From Camelus dromedarius (Eukaryota): a stretch of 64,000 bases of DNA. The notes beneath the pieces are model-generated. The model was not told the DNA's origin. It saw nothing but the letters and a program-made list of their open reading frames with translations, and made no database searches. A program made the translations under genes and the position numbers. Below, in pieces: positions 1 to 13,000 of the stretch. Each line of letters opens with the position of its first letter. Positions within the stretch are counted from its first letter, which is position 1. The DNA is taken from positions 63,924,001 to 63,988,000 of the forward strand of contig NC_087436.1 in assembly GCF_036321535.1 (NCBI RefSeq). Direction: 5' to 3'.

Positions 1-30
1 TCCTCTGCTATCCTGCCTGAGAGTCCAGAG

Positions 31-534
31 CTGTCTGTCTAATATTACAGCCACTAGCAATGTGTGACCACTGAGCACTTGAATATGGCTAGTATGACAG
101 AGAAACCAAATGGGTGATCTTATTTAATTTAACTTACTACAAATTTAAATTTAAAGCTGAATACTCAGTTCAGCCACTGGCAAATACTAAACATGTTTGG
201 AATACCTGTGTATATAAATCCACTTTCTGAACAGTTCTTTTTCCAGAAATCTAAATACCAATTAAGTATTTCTGATGAAAATTTCATGACCAAATTAAGA
301 TGTTCTGTAGACATAAAAGACTTTGAAGATCTAGTACAGGATTTGAAGATCAGGCACAAAATAAAGATTGTAAAATTGCTCATTAATATTCATGTTATTA
401 CATGTTGAAATACTATTTTGAGTATACCGGACAAATATATTATAAAATTAATTCATCTGTTAATTTAAATGTGATACCTAGAAAAAAGTAAATTACATGG
501 ATGGCTCATATTCTCTTTCTACTGCACAGCACGG
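31..534 (+). mobile_element. hAT-Charlie non-autonomous DNA transposon (Charlie1b/MER33-like)
   Basis: Has degenerate TIRs (ctgtctgtctaat... / ...ctactgcacagcacgg) and the internal Charlie1-type segment 'gatgaaaatttcatgaccaaattaagatgttctgta'. Imperfect 8-bp TSD gtccagag (23-30) / ctccagat (535-542) fits the hAT nTCYAGAn target preference. Confidence 0.75.
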
Positions 535-849
535 CTCCAGATCCACTCTCTGGGCCCCTAAATTAAGTCAACCTTCCACTTGTGCACCAGCTCATTTTCC
601 TCTCACCTGCTGGAACACACCATTTTAGCAATTCTCACCTCTCTTTCCAAAATTATCAAGTTTTTCTTTCAATTATATCCTTCCTATCCACACACAAACA
701 TGCTATTATTTTTCCCCTTCAAAAAAAACATTATCTTCACCCAATTTCAACCACTATTTTGGTATTCTCCTTGGCATCAAAATTCCCTGGAAGTGTTGTG
801 ATATTCATGGTCTCTAATTCTGGTTATCTGATTCTCTCATAAACCACTT

Positions 850-2200
850 ACCCCTTCCACTGAAATGACTCTTACTGAGGTCACAGGGGTAAGACAAGGT
901 TACACTGGCCACTACACCTCTACATTGCTCACCCACTGGTCTGTTCTAAGTCCTTTTGTTAGTTATTGTATCAAATAAATTTGAAAAAAATTGTTAGCTC
1001 CTTTCTTGATATACTATCTTTTTTTCCCATTTTCCAGAATATCACACTGTTTAGATTTTTCTTTGGTACCACTGATTGCTCCTTCTGGTCTTTTTATTAG
1101 CCTTTCCTTATGTGCCCACCCTCTTGACATTGGCATGCTCCAGGATTCAGTCCTTGATCTTCTTTCTCTCTCCTTTTGGTGATCTACATCAAGTCTTGTG
1201 GCTTTAAGTATCCACTGTTTGCCAATTATTCCAAAATATATATCTCCAGACCTGAAATAAGTCTGAATTCTAACTCCTATTTCTAACTACCTAGTCGGCA
1301 TCTTAAACTTAACTTTTTCAAAACTGAACTCCAATCTTTCTGATCTGAATGTTTGGGTTGCTTTAGCCACAAAATTCACAGTCATCCTGGATTTCTTTTT
1401 CTATTACACAACAGCACATCAGTCAGGAAATCCTACTGGCTCTATCTTCAAAATATATCAAGAATCTGACCACTTTTCACCACCTCCAGTGTTATCATAC
1501 TGGACTGAGCCCCTTCATCTCCTACATGGATTACTGCAGAAGCTTCCTAATAGCTCTCTCTGCTTCTCCTTTGCCTCAGTCTATTCTCAGCACAGCAGCC
1601 AGAGTAAGCATAATAACAAGAAAATCAAATCTGGCCTTTCCTCTGTTCAGGAAAATTGAATAAGTCACCATTTCATTTGGGGTATATCCAAACTCTTAAC
1701 AATGGAGAACAACCTCTACACAATATGGCCAAGACAACGCTAAGACCATGTCTCCTTTTATTATCCAATTTCCTCACTCTACTTCAGACACACCAGCCTC
1801 CAAGTTCTTTCTAGAGATCACCATCTTAGGCCCTTGCAATGGCTATGCCCTCTGCCTGGAACAATTTCCCTGCAGATATCCATATGCTACTTCCTTCATG
1901 TTTTTCAAGTCTTTGCTCAGAATTCACCATTCCTATGAAGCCTGATCTGATCCTCTATTTTAAGTTGTGATTTCACCCCAAATCCTATTTCCCTCATCCT
2001 GCTGATTTTTTGTTGTCATCTCCTAGAACTCACTGTCTTCTTATATACTATAAGTTTTACTTACTTTTATGGGTTTTTTTTTAATTTCCCACTCCACTAG
2101 TATGTATAGTCCACTAGGGCAGAAGTTGTGTCTACCATACTGTCTATCTAAAATAATGCCTGGCACACAGATGTTCAAAAACTATCTGTAAAATGACATG
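850..2200 (+). mobile_element. LINE-2 (L2a-like) 3' fragment
   Basis: Contains typical L2 motifs 'aaaactgaactc' and 'ctatcttcaaaatatatcaagaatctgaccacttttcaccacctcc', plus the L2 3' end 'tgcctggcacacag...'. Confidence 0.8.
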
Positions 2201-3249
2201 ATAGTTCAATTCCTTCAATGACCCTTAATTATTCAACTCTTAATGCCCATGTTTTCCAAAGCTATCAAGAGTCTAAGTTCCAGTTAAAGAAAAAAATATG
2301 TTTCAGACTAAGATGTGCTTGAAAGTCCTGATGCTCAGAGATCATGGTGGAGATGTTTAAGTGTAAGAGATAGAAGACAGGTGATCTACTGAGGAACTGC
2401 AGCCTAACAGTCGCCGTGAAGGCTGACCAGTCTGCAACAGTAGCTCTTCATGTAGCCTAAGACTTTCACCACAGGGTAGAGTTAATAGCTGCCTCTGATT
2501 TCTGCTAGTAAGTAAGTGAAATAGAAGCACAGAATGCCCCAAATAGAAGAGCCTGGGGATCATCTGGTCCAATTTCCTCCTGCAGCTACTCAGTAGTAGA
2601 GCTTGAATTTGGGACATATGTCTCCCAATCAAGGGCTATTCCCAATATCCTACACTGCCTCCTCTATTGTGCATGTATAACTTTATATGCAAAAACAGGG
2701 ATTATAAATTCAGGCTGTTGTTAACTGACAAGGAGCTTGTGCTTATTTATAACACAGTTATGGAGAAACGGCACATTTTCTCCGGGAATAAAGTAATATT
2801 ATGCCTCTAGGCAAGCTAGCCCATGTAAGTGTATTTACCTAGAACTTGGTAGAAGTGTAATATTAATAGTATTTCAGCATCTAATCGCTATTCATAGAAG
2901 TATCACAATGGGAAACAGTGCACAAAGTTTAAATTCACTGCGTGGAGTACATCTCAGTGCCAGCTCCATAAACAAGGAAACCCCCCAAAAAGTTTTGGTG
3001 TTTCTCTACAGTGAAAGTGCATCACATACAACACATTTGCTACAGTGGAAAGTGCAGCATTCCCCTGATAGCTGGGAAAACGGATTATAATAGGTTTGCT
3101 GTTAAGTTATCATTATTGACAGAGTAACAGTCATTTTTTTTCATATTTAAGGTTTTAAAGTATTACTTAACTAAATGCTAAAGTCCTTAAATTAATAATA
3201 TTGAATATATGACACACTCATTCTCTGGTATTTCAGCTTTCATATATGC

Positions 3250-3776
3250 TGTAGGCAGAATATTGTTCCCACTATATGTTCCCATTTTCATCCCTGAAAT
3301 ATATGAAATGTTACCTTACATGGCAAAAGAGACTTTGCAGAGGTGACTAAGATCAAGGACCTCGAGATGGATGATTATCCAGGATATCCGAGTGGCCTCA
3401 TAAGATTACATGAGTCCTTAAATGCTGAGAACCTTTCCTCACTATGACTAAGAGAGGGAGATGAGACTATGAAAAGAGGTCAGAGAGCTGAGATGCAAAA
3501 AGGACTTTGCCCATTAATTCTGGCTTTAAAAGTGTTGACAGGGAGACATGAGACAAGGAATGTGGGGGGACTCTAGAAGCTGAAAAAGGCAATGAAACAG
3601 ATTCTCCCCTGGAACCTCCAGAAAGGACCACAGCCTTGCCAATCCCTTAGTAACCAGAGACCCACGTCAGACTTCTGAACTATGGGGCTGTAAGATAATA
3701 TATTTGTATTGTTTTAAGCCACTAAATGTGAGGTATTTGTTATGGCAGTTTTATTATTTTATTAACAAACTAATAT
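3250..3776 (+). mobile_element. MaLR solo LTR (MLT1D-like)
   Basis: Starts 'tgtaggcagaata' and ends 'aactaatat'. Contains 'atgttaccttacatggcaaaagagactttgcag' and 'gattctcccctggaacctccagaaagg'. Confidence 0.85.
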
Positions 3777-3993
3777 TGTATTCACTTAGAAATATTTTTC
3801 TCACTAAGTATAACCCAGATAACAGCTAGAATCTCCTTGCCTCTAAAATCAAGATCACAAATGCAAATCCCCAGTCCACTGTTTATAAGAATCAATTCTT
3901 CCCCCAAACTTGAATGGACTGCAAGACTAGGCGTGGTTCTCAAGGTCAGCTCCATCTCTGTTTGCTGAAATAATTCAGTATAGAAAACATTTC

Positions 3994-4193
3994 TACAGGA
4001 TACAAACTACTATACATAAAATACATAAGCAGCAAGGTTTACTGTATATAACACAGGGAACTATTTTCAATATCGTATAATAATCCGTAATCTATAATGG
4101 AAAATAATCTGAATATATATATATAAGTAAATCACTTGCTGTATACCTAAAACTAACACTATACTGTAAATCAACTATATTTCAATAAAAAAG
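3994..4193 (+). mobile_element. 5'-truncated cetartiodactyl-type L1 3' end
   Basis: Contains 'acagggaactattttcaatatc...ctgtatacctaaaactaacactatactgtaaatcaactatatttcaataaaaaa', with an AATAAA signal and A tail. Confidence 0.8.
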
Positions 4194-5039
4194 AACCACT
4201 TCTTCATTTCTCTTGTATGTCCCCGTTTATAGAGCATAGATAAACCCAAGTGGAATTTAATCATTGTCCCGTATTTCCACCAAATTATTTGTGTGCATAA
4301 GATTATACTGAAGACAGGAAATTCATGCCATAGGGAAAAAAACATAAAAACAAATGTTTTTCAAAAAATTTTCTTTACTTTTCCTTCAGCTGAAATTTCA
4401 GAATCTATCCCGCTGTTCATTTCACAAATTCCACTGCAGAGTAGTTTGGGACCTTTTCTTCTACTGAGTTTTACAAGCCTCGAATTTTGGCTCTCTTCTC
4501 CCCAGCCAGTGACTTGCCAAGGGTTTTCTCTAAACAAACCATGTCTTCCCCTAAGGGCTGCAACTAAGATAGTTCATTCGTCACCCTTCCACATAAACTT
4601 TGACTATTTAATACACCCCTTTCCATAATCTACATAAGGAAATATTCTCCGTACCCCACTCCTCCCCACACATGTACAATAAGACAAATATTTTATAGCC
4701 ATAGAGCAAACTAGATAACTATTAAATTCTAATGGTATCATGGCTACCTTTCTCATGAAACAGTGAATAGAAAAGGAATGTTAACTCTAAACATTTTATT
4801 AAATTGATTTCCTGTTATTTTAATATCACATACTGAAAAAATAAATGTTATCTGTATTAAGCCCCAATATAAAATTACAGAGCACTTACTTATAAAGCAA
4901 CTCACTAGTGATTTACAGGAAAAAGAGGGAATTTTATTGACTATTCACTATGTATCAAGTACTTTTCAAGTATTATCAAATTTAATCAACACAATAAATA
5001 ACAATTATCTAAAAGTAGCTGATACCACAAGCCAGCACA

Positions 5040-5220
5040 GCATATGTATTTTCTCATGTATTTTTCAATAACTCTATAAGGTAGGTACAAATATCCCCAT
5101 ACTATGGATAAAGAATGCAACGCATAGAAAGGTTAAGTAATTTTCCCAGTGGCAAAAAATTTGATGAAGCCAAGATTCATGTTCTGGGATGCTTGACCCA
5201 GAGATAATCCTTCTACCCTG
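5040..5220 (-). mobile_element. MIR SINE fragment
   Basis: MIR core in reverse orientation: 'ataactctataaggtaggtac...agaaaggttaagtaattttccca'. Confidence 0.65.
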
Positions 5221-5833
5221 CAGGCTGTAATACTGTGCAATCAAATTACACAAAAGCAAATTGAAGTTCCAAGAATTCAAACAACGTCCCTAGAGTCCCA
5301 CAACTAATGGGCCAAAGGCTAGCTTCCCAAGCTCAGCCCATACAGCACACCAAAGCTTATGCACTTTCCATAATGTGCACGAGTTTAACAACTTGCAACC
5401 CCAAGGAACAAAAATTTGACTGAGAGATAACCACATTGACCCATTTTTTACCTCCTCAGTTTTGACGCTAAGCTATCTAAAACAAATTTGATATATAAAA
5501 TAATATTTTTGAGAGTCATCATTTTATGGAAAGGGTAAAAACTTTATAGTGAAAAAGACCCAATTTCACATTTAACACTTATATAGAATATTTCCAAAAG
5601 CATGCATAAGAAAAGAAAGAAGCTTTGACTCTAAGAAAACAAAAGAGGAGCTGGCAGATTGGGATAAAAGAAGACATATTTCACTAAATACACTTTATAG
5701 TTGAAGAATTTTCTGTAATAGATAAATGTGTCAATTACTGAAAAAAATTAAATTTTAAAGGTACATTTAATGTAAAGTACCTAGCATTGTAAACAGCATA
5801 GAGTAGGCACTAATAAGTGGCCTTTCTCTTTTC

Positions 5834-6815
5834 TTTAAGAAACTGTTTATTTCTGTCAACCTTATTTCTACTTTCTGTTTAAGAGTCTGTGGAAGGGCAG
5901 CTTAAGACCACCTAGTGGTTGTTCCTACCTGTTCAGTGGCCTGTGCAGCAGGGTTGGGGACCAGTCCTCAGTGGCGGGATGAGGCCCCGGTCTTCAGTAG
6001 GGAACTGCTGGACAGGCACAGAGGGCACCTTCATCTTCAGACCAGCCTGCAACCTTGGGTGGTAGCAGTAAGTTTTGAAGCTGGAACAGTCCATTTACCC
6101 TAAAATTCCTCCTTGCTCACAGCCTTTCATCAGAGACTGCTCTTCCTTTTCAGTCTCTTCGGAGTCTCTGCAGTAGAGGTGAGGCATAGCCTCCTGGGGC
6201 GTTCCCTCAAGGTACTGCCACACGGTCACAGAACTTGCAGGCCAGCGTCTACCACCTCAGACGCCCTGAGTGAGCTCCCTTATTGCTGTGTGGGATGGCA
6301 ACGTCTACAGAATGCAGAGGAGAGTCTGTGTTACACGGAACAATGGTAGGGGCAGGTTAACATAAGGCAGCCTCTGTGAGAGACTGGTGGTTAGTCCTGG
6401 GATCAGTAACCTCCTCCAGGAAGGCTGCCTGGATCTGGGTAGTGAAGGTTCCGGGAATGAAGTGGTCAGCAATAGGGGTGGCTCCAGTGGCAGCAGCAAA
6501 CTTCAGCAGCTCATTGGCCAGTGTCTCTGGAAAATATGACGGTGACATCAGCTGGGCTTCCGACAACAATGTCACAAGCTTTTCCAGTTTCTCTTCAGAT
6601 TTATGATATAGAAGCCAATTCTCCTTTTGTAGATGTACCATGCCATTTGGAAGTCAAGGTTGGTGCCACCTAAGTACGCTCCTGATGCCAGGAATTTGAG
6701 GGCATCCTCCTCCTTCATTTGCAAAAAATCAACAGCTCTGGACATTGTGAAAGCTTCCCATTAGTTTATGATAGGAACCCAGAACAGCGCCCTATGGTCT
6801 AAGAACTGAGAAAAG
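5834..6815 (-). pseudogene. RPSA: Processed (intronless) pseudogene of 40S ribosomal protein SA / laminin receptor
   Basis: The minus strand from ATG at 6745 reads [34 protein letters not shown]. The ORF track also gives [28 protein letters not shown]. Stop TAA is at 5904-5902. RPSA-like 5'UTR starts cttttc, and the 3'UTR has AATAAA. Frameshifts and deletions are present, with no introns. Candidate TSD ctcttttc at 5826-5833 and 6816-6823. Confidence 0.97.
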
Positions 6816-7689
6816 CTCTTTTCATTGAAAGATGAGAAAAACCTTAATATCAAAAGGATACAAAATTCTTAAGAAAGAATTGTTTTAGAGCCAAATAGCG
6901 TCCTCACTCCACGGATGCTGCTGCTAAAGGAAGCACGGTCTTCAATAGTTGTCTTCTCATATTAAAATAAAAAGCAATTTCTTAGGAACAGGGTTGAAAA
7001 TATAAAAGATGCACTGGATTTTTATTTAAGAAAAGATGCTAAGCTTGACTTGGCTTAATAGAGCTAGCTTACAAAATTCATAAAACAAGAAATGTTTTAA
7101 TGGCAGAGAAATTAATTTGGAACTTTAAGTTTTAAGATGTATATTTAGTCTATAAATTTTGCAACTCCTATAAAAAACACCAACCAAAATAAAACACAGC
7201 ACTAAAAAAAACAAATAAAGATGCAGGTTTAGTATATCCAATTACCACTAGATTTTTCACACAGAAAAAATGAAAAATTGCTGTAATTAGGATATTAGGA
7301 TAATCAGGATATTTACGTGAGACATTTGCTGAGTTGTTTGCGTCTTAGATTCTCTCCAATCTGATGGAAAAGAATGATGAAGGCAGAAAAGCAGGGCAAT
7401 AGGATATCGTTTGGCTCATTAAAAGGAAAAAACACCACTTCTAACTTAGCAAAGTTGAGCTAGAGGTAGTTTCAGAAAGAAAAGAGGAAAAACAAATATT
7501 ATGCTGCCTTGAAAAAAATTTTCAGACACTACCTGTCTATGAAGTTTTTGAAAAAATAGGATAGTTAAGAGTTTAGTATTATTTATTACTCATAGCATGT
7601 GGCCAATCATCCTAATTATGAAATAACCTTTCCATCTTGATTCATAAAGCAACAGTCTTTTCAAAGACTAGGCAGCATCTAGTGTTTGT

Positions 7690-7970
7690 CCTTATTCAAC
7701 AAAAGTTTATTGAATGCTTTCTAAATATAAAGTAGCATGCTAAGTGCTCTAAGTGATAGAACACACCGTATCCAGTCCCTGGTCACAATCACCAACAAAA
7801 TAAGCATAGGACATTATTCCTGCTGAAATGAAACTTGAAACCTAGTGGGACAGCTAAGACATGTAAAATAATTATAGTAAAAGGCATTATTTGAAAAGTG
7901 CCTAATAAGTATAAAAGATATTCTTCAATAGATGCTTAAAAGAAGGATGCAGCTGGATGAACAGAGAAAG
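7690..7970 (-). mobile_element. L2 3' end fragment
   Basis: 'attcaacaaaagtttattgaatgc...tgctaagtgct' is the reverse L2 3' terminus. Confidence 0.6.
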
Positions 7971-8444
7971 CCTAATGGAGGACAAGATATGAGTGCAGAG
8001 CATCAGTCCCACCCTGGGCCTTCTTCAGCCATCCCCTCTTGTGACAAGATGAAAAAAACAAGCTGCAGAGTATGATCTGGTCAGGTCTGAATGCTTGTTC
8101 TGTTACCACTATTTGGGCAAGTGAGGGTAAATGTCTTACCCTCTGTGAACCCACTTCCTTACTTGTAAAGTAGAGGTGAACAATATCCATGTGCATTTTA
8201 AATTTCTCTTTTAGAGATACAACTTTTTCACTTGATCACCCCTTAGCAGTCTGGTTTCATCCGACTCCTCATCACTGGAATCAGCACTGCAACAGGCACA
8301 CCTCAATTACCATTTACCATGTTATGATTACTAAATCTGAGGTCTTAATCTCTCTGTTGCCTTTGACTCCCTTGATTAATCACTCTTTGAAACTCTTTCC
8401 TCTCAGTCTTAACAACATACACTTGAAGCTACTTTCCTCTGTAG

Positions 8445-8741
8445 AAGTATTTTTCAAACTGCAGATCCAAACTCACTAGTGGACTCAGTTAATGGAGCAC
8501 CACCACAAATTTGTTTTTCTCATAAAATAAAATAGAATTGACTTGAAAGCAGACACATCATCACTAATTATAATAAATATTGTTTGTTGACGTATTTGTT
8601 TCGGGGGTAGGCGTGTGCATGCGTGCATGTGTGTGTGTGTGTGTGTATAGATGGGCTACTGTGCATTTTTTTGTATAACTGGGCAAAATATAAAATGTAT
8701 TTCTCATTGCAAGTCATGGTGAACACTCTGCAAGCCATGGT
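8445..8741. mobile_element. Ancient hAT-Charlie-type MITE (with internal (TG)n) nested in an L2 fragment
   Basis: Left end 'agtatttttcaaactgcag...cactagtgg' and right end 'tgcaagccatgg', flanked by tgtaga/tctaga-type target sites. The subfamily is uncertain. Confidence 0.45.
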
Positions 8742-9099
8742 TCTAGAACCACTCCTTCTCAGTTTAATTTGCTAGTTTCTATTCTTACACCAATCTCTTT
8801 AATATTGATTCTCTCCTTCCATCTACAACCCTTAATTATCTCTTTGCTAGCTCTCTCTCTTGAACTTCACAGCCTAGTTTTCAATATTACCACCTACATC
8901 ACCACCTGGTTTTTTATAGATACCTAAAGTCAATATAAATTATTGATCATTTTAATTGAGTGACATGAAGAAAGTGGTATGTTAGCCTGATTAAGCTGAC
9001 AATATGGTAAGTCTGAAGAAGAGAGACTGGAAGCAGGAAGATGAGCCAGATATTGCTGTGATCCAGGTTAAAGTGATTGAAGAATAAATTAACTTAAAG

Positions 9100-9411
9100 G
9101 TCACTATGAGAAAACAGTAAGTTTCATAGCAATTTCAGAAATTAAGAAAGTAATTTCTTTATATATTAATATTAAGGTGATGCATGTCAAATTTGATATC
9201 AAGTCTGAAGAATAGGAAGATTCGATTATTTCTCCAAAGTTTTCAATCTGAAGATGTCACTATGAGAAAACAGTAAGTTTCATAGCAATTTCAGAAATTA
9301 AGAAAGTAATTTCTTTATATATTAATATTAAGGTGATGCATGTCAAATTTGATATCAAGTCTGAAGAATAGGAAGATTCGATTATTTCTCCAAAGTTTTC
9401 AATCTGAAGAT
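9100..9411 (+). repeat. Perfect 156-bp direct tandem duplication
   Basis: 9100-9255 and 9256-9411 read identically (gtcactatgagaaaacag...ttttcaatctgaagat). Confidence 0.97.
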
Positions 9412-10164
9412 GAAAGCAATTTCAATACTAATAATTACCAGTGGTAATAATATTATGTTTATTTTATTTTAACTTGGGCCACTAGCAGCCTACTACACTC
9501 GAGAAGGTCAAAGGCTGAAATCTGTCTAGAACTAAGCCCAGCCCATAACTCGGTCCCACAGATATTTTGGTTTAATAAAGAATATGCATCTATATTTAGA
9601 TTCAATTTTGCACTGAAAGTTTTTTTTAATCAAAAAATAAATATATTCAGCTAAACCAACTCTTCTGAAATTCTAGTGCTGGCTGAACCTTTAGATCTCT
9701 ACTTGTGCCATAATCAAACAGATAAATAAATAGGTCATAACTTTTAAATCTTTCCAATAGTTCTTCATTATTTAAAAATTAAATTAAAAAATAGAAATGT
9801 AAAATTCAAACCATTACCTGGATTTTCAAGTCCTAGATTTATATGTAAAGGTATTTTCCCCCAGTGGATCCCCTTTACTTCACAGGAAAGTGGTTCTTGC
9901 TCTTTTCTAGAATGGTTTAATTTTCAAATTATGTGTCAACAAAGAAATCTGTGATACTCTTATGTCAAATAATTACTTCCTCATTTTCTCCGCCTAAACT
10001 TCATAAAAATGCACCCTAACTATACTTTAACAGAGTGATGACAGTATAATTAGATCAAGACCTCAGCAAAGATGAATTATAATGGAATGAAGACAGTTCT
10101 GGGTTACAGTTTGAGGTCCTGCTACCATCCTTCAGTGATTCCATCTACACAAAATGACTACCTT

Positions 10165-10255
10165 GGGGAAGGATACAGCTCAGTGTTAGAGTGCTCGCCT
10201 AGCATGCATGAGATTCAATCCTCAGTACCTTCATTAAAAATAAATAAACCTAAAA
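10165..10255 (+). mobile_element. tRNA-derived camelid SINE (Vic-1-type), diverged copy
   Basis: 'ggggaaggatacagctcagtgttagagtgctcgcctagcatgcatgag...ttcaatcctcagtacc' followed by 'aaataaataaaccta'. Confidence 0.85.
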
Positions 10256-10899
10256 AGTCAATGAGTGCTTATAAATTCATGTTTTTACCTTCCTACCAAT
10301 AAAAGAAGCAATGAGATGATACTGATTAATGCATAGTATCATTGAAACACAATTGGACTTGAAATCAGAAGACCCTTTTTAAGGTCAGATTTTATTATTT
10401 GCTAGTGATTTTGCCTTAGAGAAGTCACTTAAGCTCTCTGGTGGTCAATATTTTTCCCTTGTAAATAAAATTAACGTATTTTGTAATCTAGAAGACAGTG
10501 ACACATACAGCACCTAAATGACAATATTCCTCCAGGTTTTCTTCTGAAATACTCTATGAAATGAGCCTAAGGAAAAGGGAACAGACCAGCAGCTGAACCA
10601 CTAGTTACACAAAAGTAAGTAAGGAAAAGAAGGTGTAGGTTCAGAGAAGTTTATCTGAAAATGGTTCCTTGTGATAAAGGCAAGGGGAATATGGTCCACA
10701 CGTAGCTCAAATTATGCTAGGTCAATAAATAAAGACAGGTTTTTTAAAAAGGAGGGAAAAAGAGAAGTGGAGTTCACACAAATTCTTACATTGTAAGAAG
10801 CTGCATGCCAAAGTGCATAGCAAGCACATGAGGATATAACTGGGTTCACAAGTAAGGGGTCCTACCAGTGGCATTTTTTCAATCTGAATATGTACGATT

Positions 10900-12200
10900 A
10901 TGTAAGCTTATTGGGAATCATTTAGTAAAAGCATGTGATTGTCAGTCAAAGCGTAGGTAGACATAAAGTAGGAATGCTATTGCTATGTTTGTATTCAAGA
11001 AAAATGGCATTACAGCAATGCTAATAGAATATTATTTTTTAAAGTCATACAAATTGTATTCATGGCTTGCTTTCTTATACTCCAGGTATGTGTTGATAAA
11101 TGTAGAGGGGAGACTGAGCTGGAGCATAAAACATCTCATTCTCAAGAGATCTTGCACAGCACAAAACAGCAAAAACTGCTCAGGAAGTGGGTAAATGCAG
11201 GTTTGCATCAGTCTTTCAGAAACTGGAATCATCACTGGCACCAAGTCCATCATTCCCCAAAAATACAAGTCCAGTGGGAAGGATATGTTCTGTTAACTAG
11301 GTTCCCCAAGGAAATATCTTTTTTCTCTTCTCCTGAATTTATATGATTAAGCAATCTCATTACACAAATGATGGGAGGTTGCTAAGCCCTGGGGAATTCT
11401 TAAGATAGATAATTCTGCCAGTCCATGAATGATTCAAAAACATATATCCCTTCCAATGGGACCAGATGCTTTTCCTAAAGCACTGTATCTCTGGAAATTA
11501 ACTCAAAATTTCTTTTAACTACATGTTGAATGAGCTTGGCCTCACAGCAAGCGTGATGAATAAGAAGCATGGCCAGTGGGCAAGAGGAAGACACTAGAAT
11601 CATGTAAAAGAGATAACTTAAAGCAATCTACATTTCTGTAGGGCAGGGCTCTGAAGGAGGGCCCATTATACAAAGAAGAGTGCCCAAAGAGACCATAGTT
11701 TGTTTCAAAAGCCACCAAAATCTGAGGAACTCCAATCAGGCAAATGGAGACACAGAGCCAAGGTTCTATCCAAGAAGCAGACAAGACTTTTAATCAGGTC
11801 TATGATAGCAACCAGGGATCAGGTTATGCAGTCATTCAAAAGACACCAAACAGACAATGACCATACCAGGAACAAGATATAGCTCCTGATGATATGGCAA
11901 TACCAAAAGCTAATCAAAGTGTTAGAGTTCTTTTCCAGGTAAGCTGTTCAGGACAACCCTTAACTCCAGGTGAAAACTAGTATTTACCAGTCCATGAAGG
12001 CAAAATTGAGACAACTAATGAGGCCTATATGGAAGACATGTAGACCCAATAAATTTATTTCAGTCATACCAGATCCTAACTGAGTATCATCAAAATTATT
12101 TCTAGACCTTACCACATTAATGGGATTGAAATAACCAACCTATTCCTGATATTCATTAACATGATTTCAGGAACTAAGCAAGGATGCATCTTCACATAAA
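10900..12200 (+). mobile_element. Highly decayed RTE-clade LINE (MamRTE1-like) endonuclease/RT remnant
   Basis: Collinear, frameshifted peptide remnants: KHLIL (~11128), IITGTKSIIPQKYKSS (11228-11275), RDNLK...ALKEGP (~11610-11665), ATRDQVMQSFK (~11810), IWKTCRPNKFISVI (~12027-12068) and SGTKQGCI (~12167-12190). These resemble the RTE motifs LVITNT-F-LP-KYKTTW, PEKFISII and GVKQGCVL. Confidence 0.6.
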
Positions 12201-13000
12201 GGGCAGGGAAGACCACAGCTGATCAGGAAAGGAAGCAGCAGAAATTACCACCAGCCCATATATATAACAAAGTCTTCATTTGTCTGGGTCAACAAGATCC
12301 TTCCTATCCCACAAACCTACATCCAGAGGAGAAGAGAAAGTGATAGGGTGAAAAGAGAAAATTCAAGATATCTATCTTCTCTATATTTTTCCCACTAGAG
12401 ATTTTTTTCTAGATGAACTAAGTTTAGCCATTTATGTCCCTGAATATAACAAGATCATTCCAGATTTTCACTACAGATGTTTCTGAGTTATATTGTTTTT
12501 ATACCTCTTGTTAACAGACTACGTTTTACTCAGAAATATTTACAATCAACAATTTGATCTTTCAACAGTAAATTCATTGCATTTATACTAAACTAAGCAT
12601 CACAATTCTTTAAAATACAGATTAATTAAATATTATTTTAATTTTGTTATTTAGAAAGATAAACAATGAAAAAAGTTAACAAACTTGGGACCATTTATGA
12701 CACTTGAGCCCATAATACTGAAACTTTAAGTTAGCTGGACCCCTTTCTACTATCAAATTGTTAGCCTCTAAATCCAGTGTGATTGTGTTCATCTTTCTGG
12801 TTCCTTCTCACGTTAATCCTACTCCTCCTAATCTTTATGCCTCTTCTATGTTACTTCTATTATCTTATTTCTACCCCCATAAACTTCGTCATTTGGTCTC
12901 TACATTTTGATTCACAGCTTATCTTCAAGGATTTTGGCAAAGATACTCATTCCATTCCTCCATACCTCCCATGGCTCACTCAGATACATCAGATGATCTT

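Noticed and set aside
6357..6641. 94-aa ORF with RPSA peptide as a functional gene
   Set aside because: It is a frameshifted chimeric fragment of the processed pseudogene.
9100..9411. Direct repeat as a CRISPR-like array or LTR pair
   Set aside because: There are only two abutting copies, no spacers, and the context is eukaryotic.
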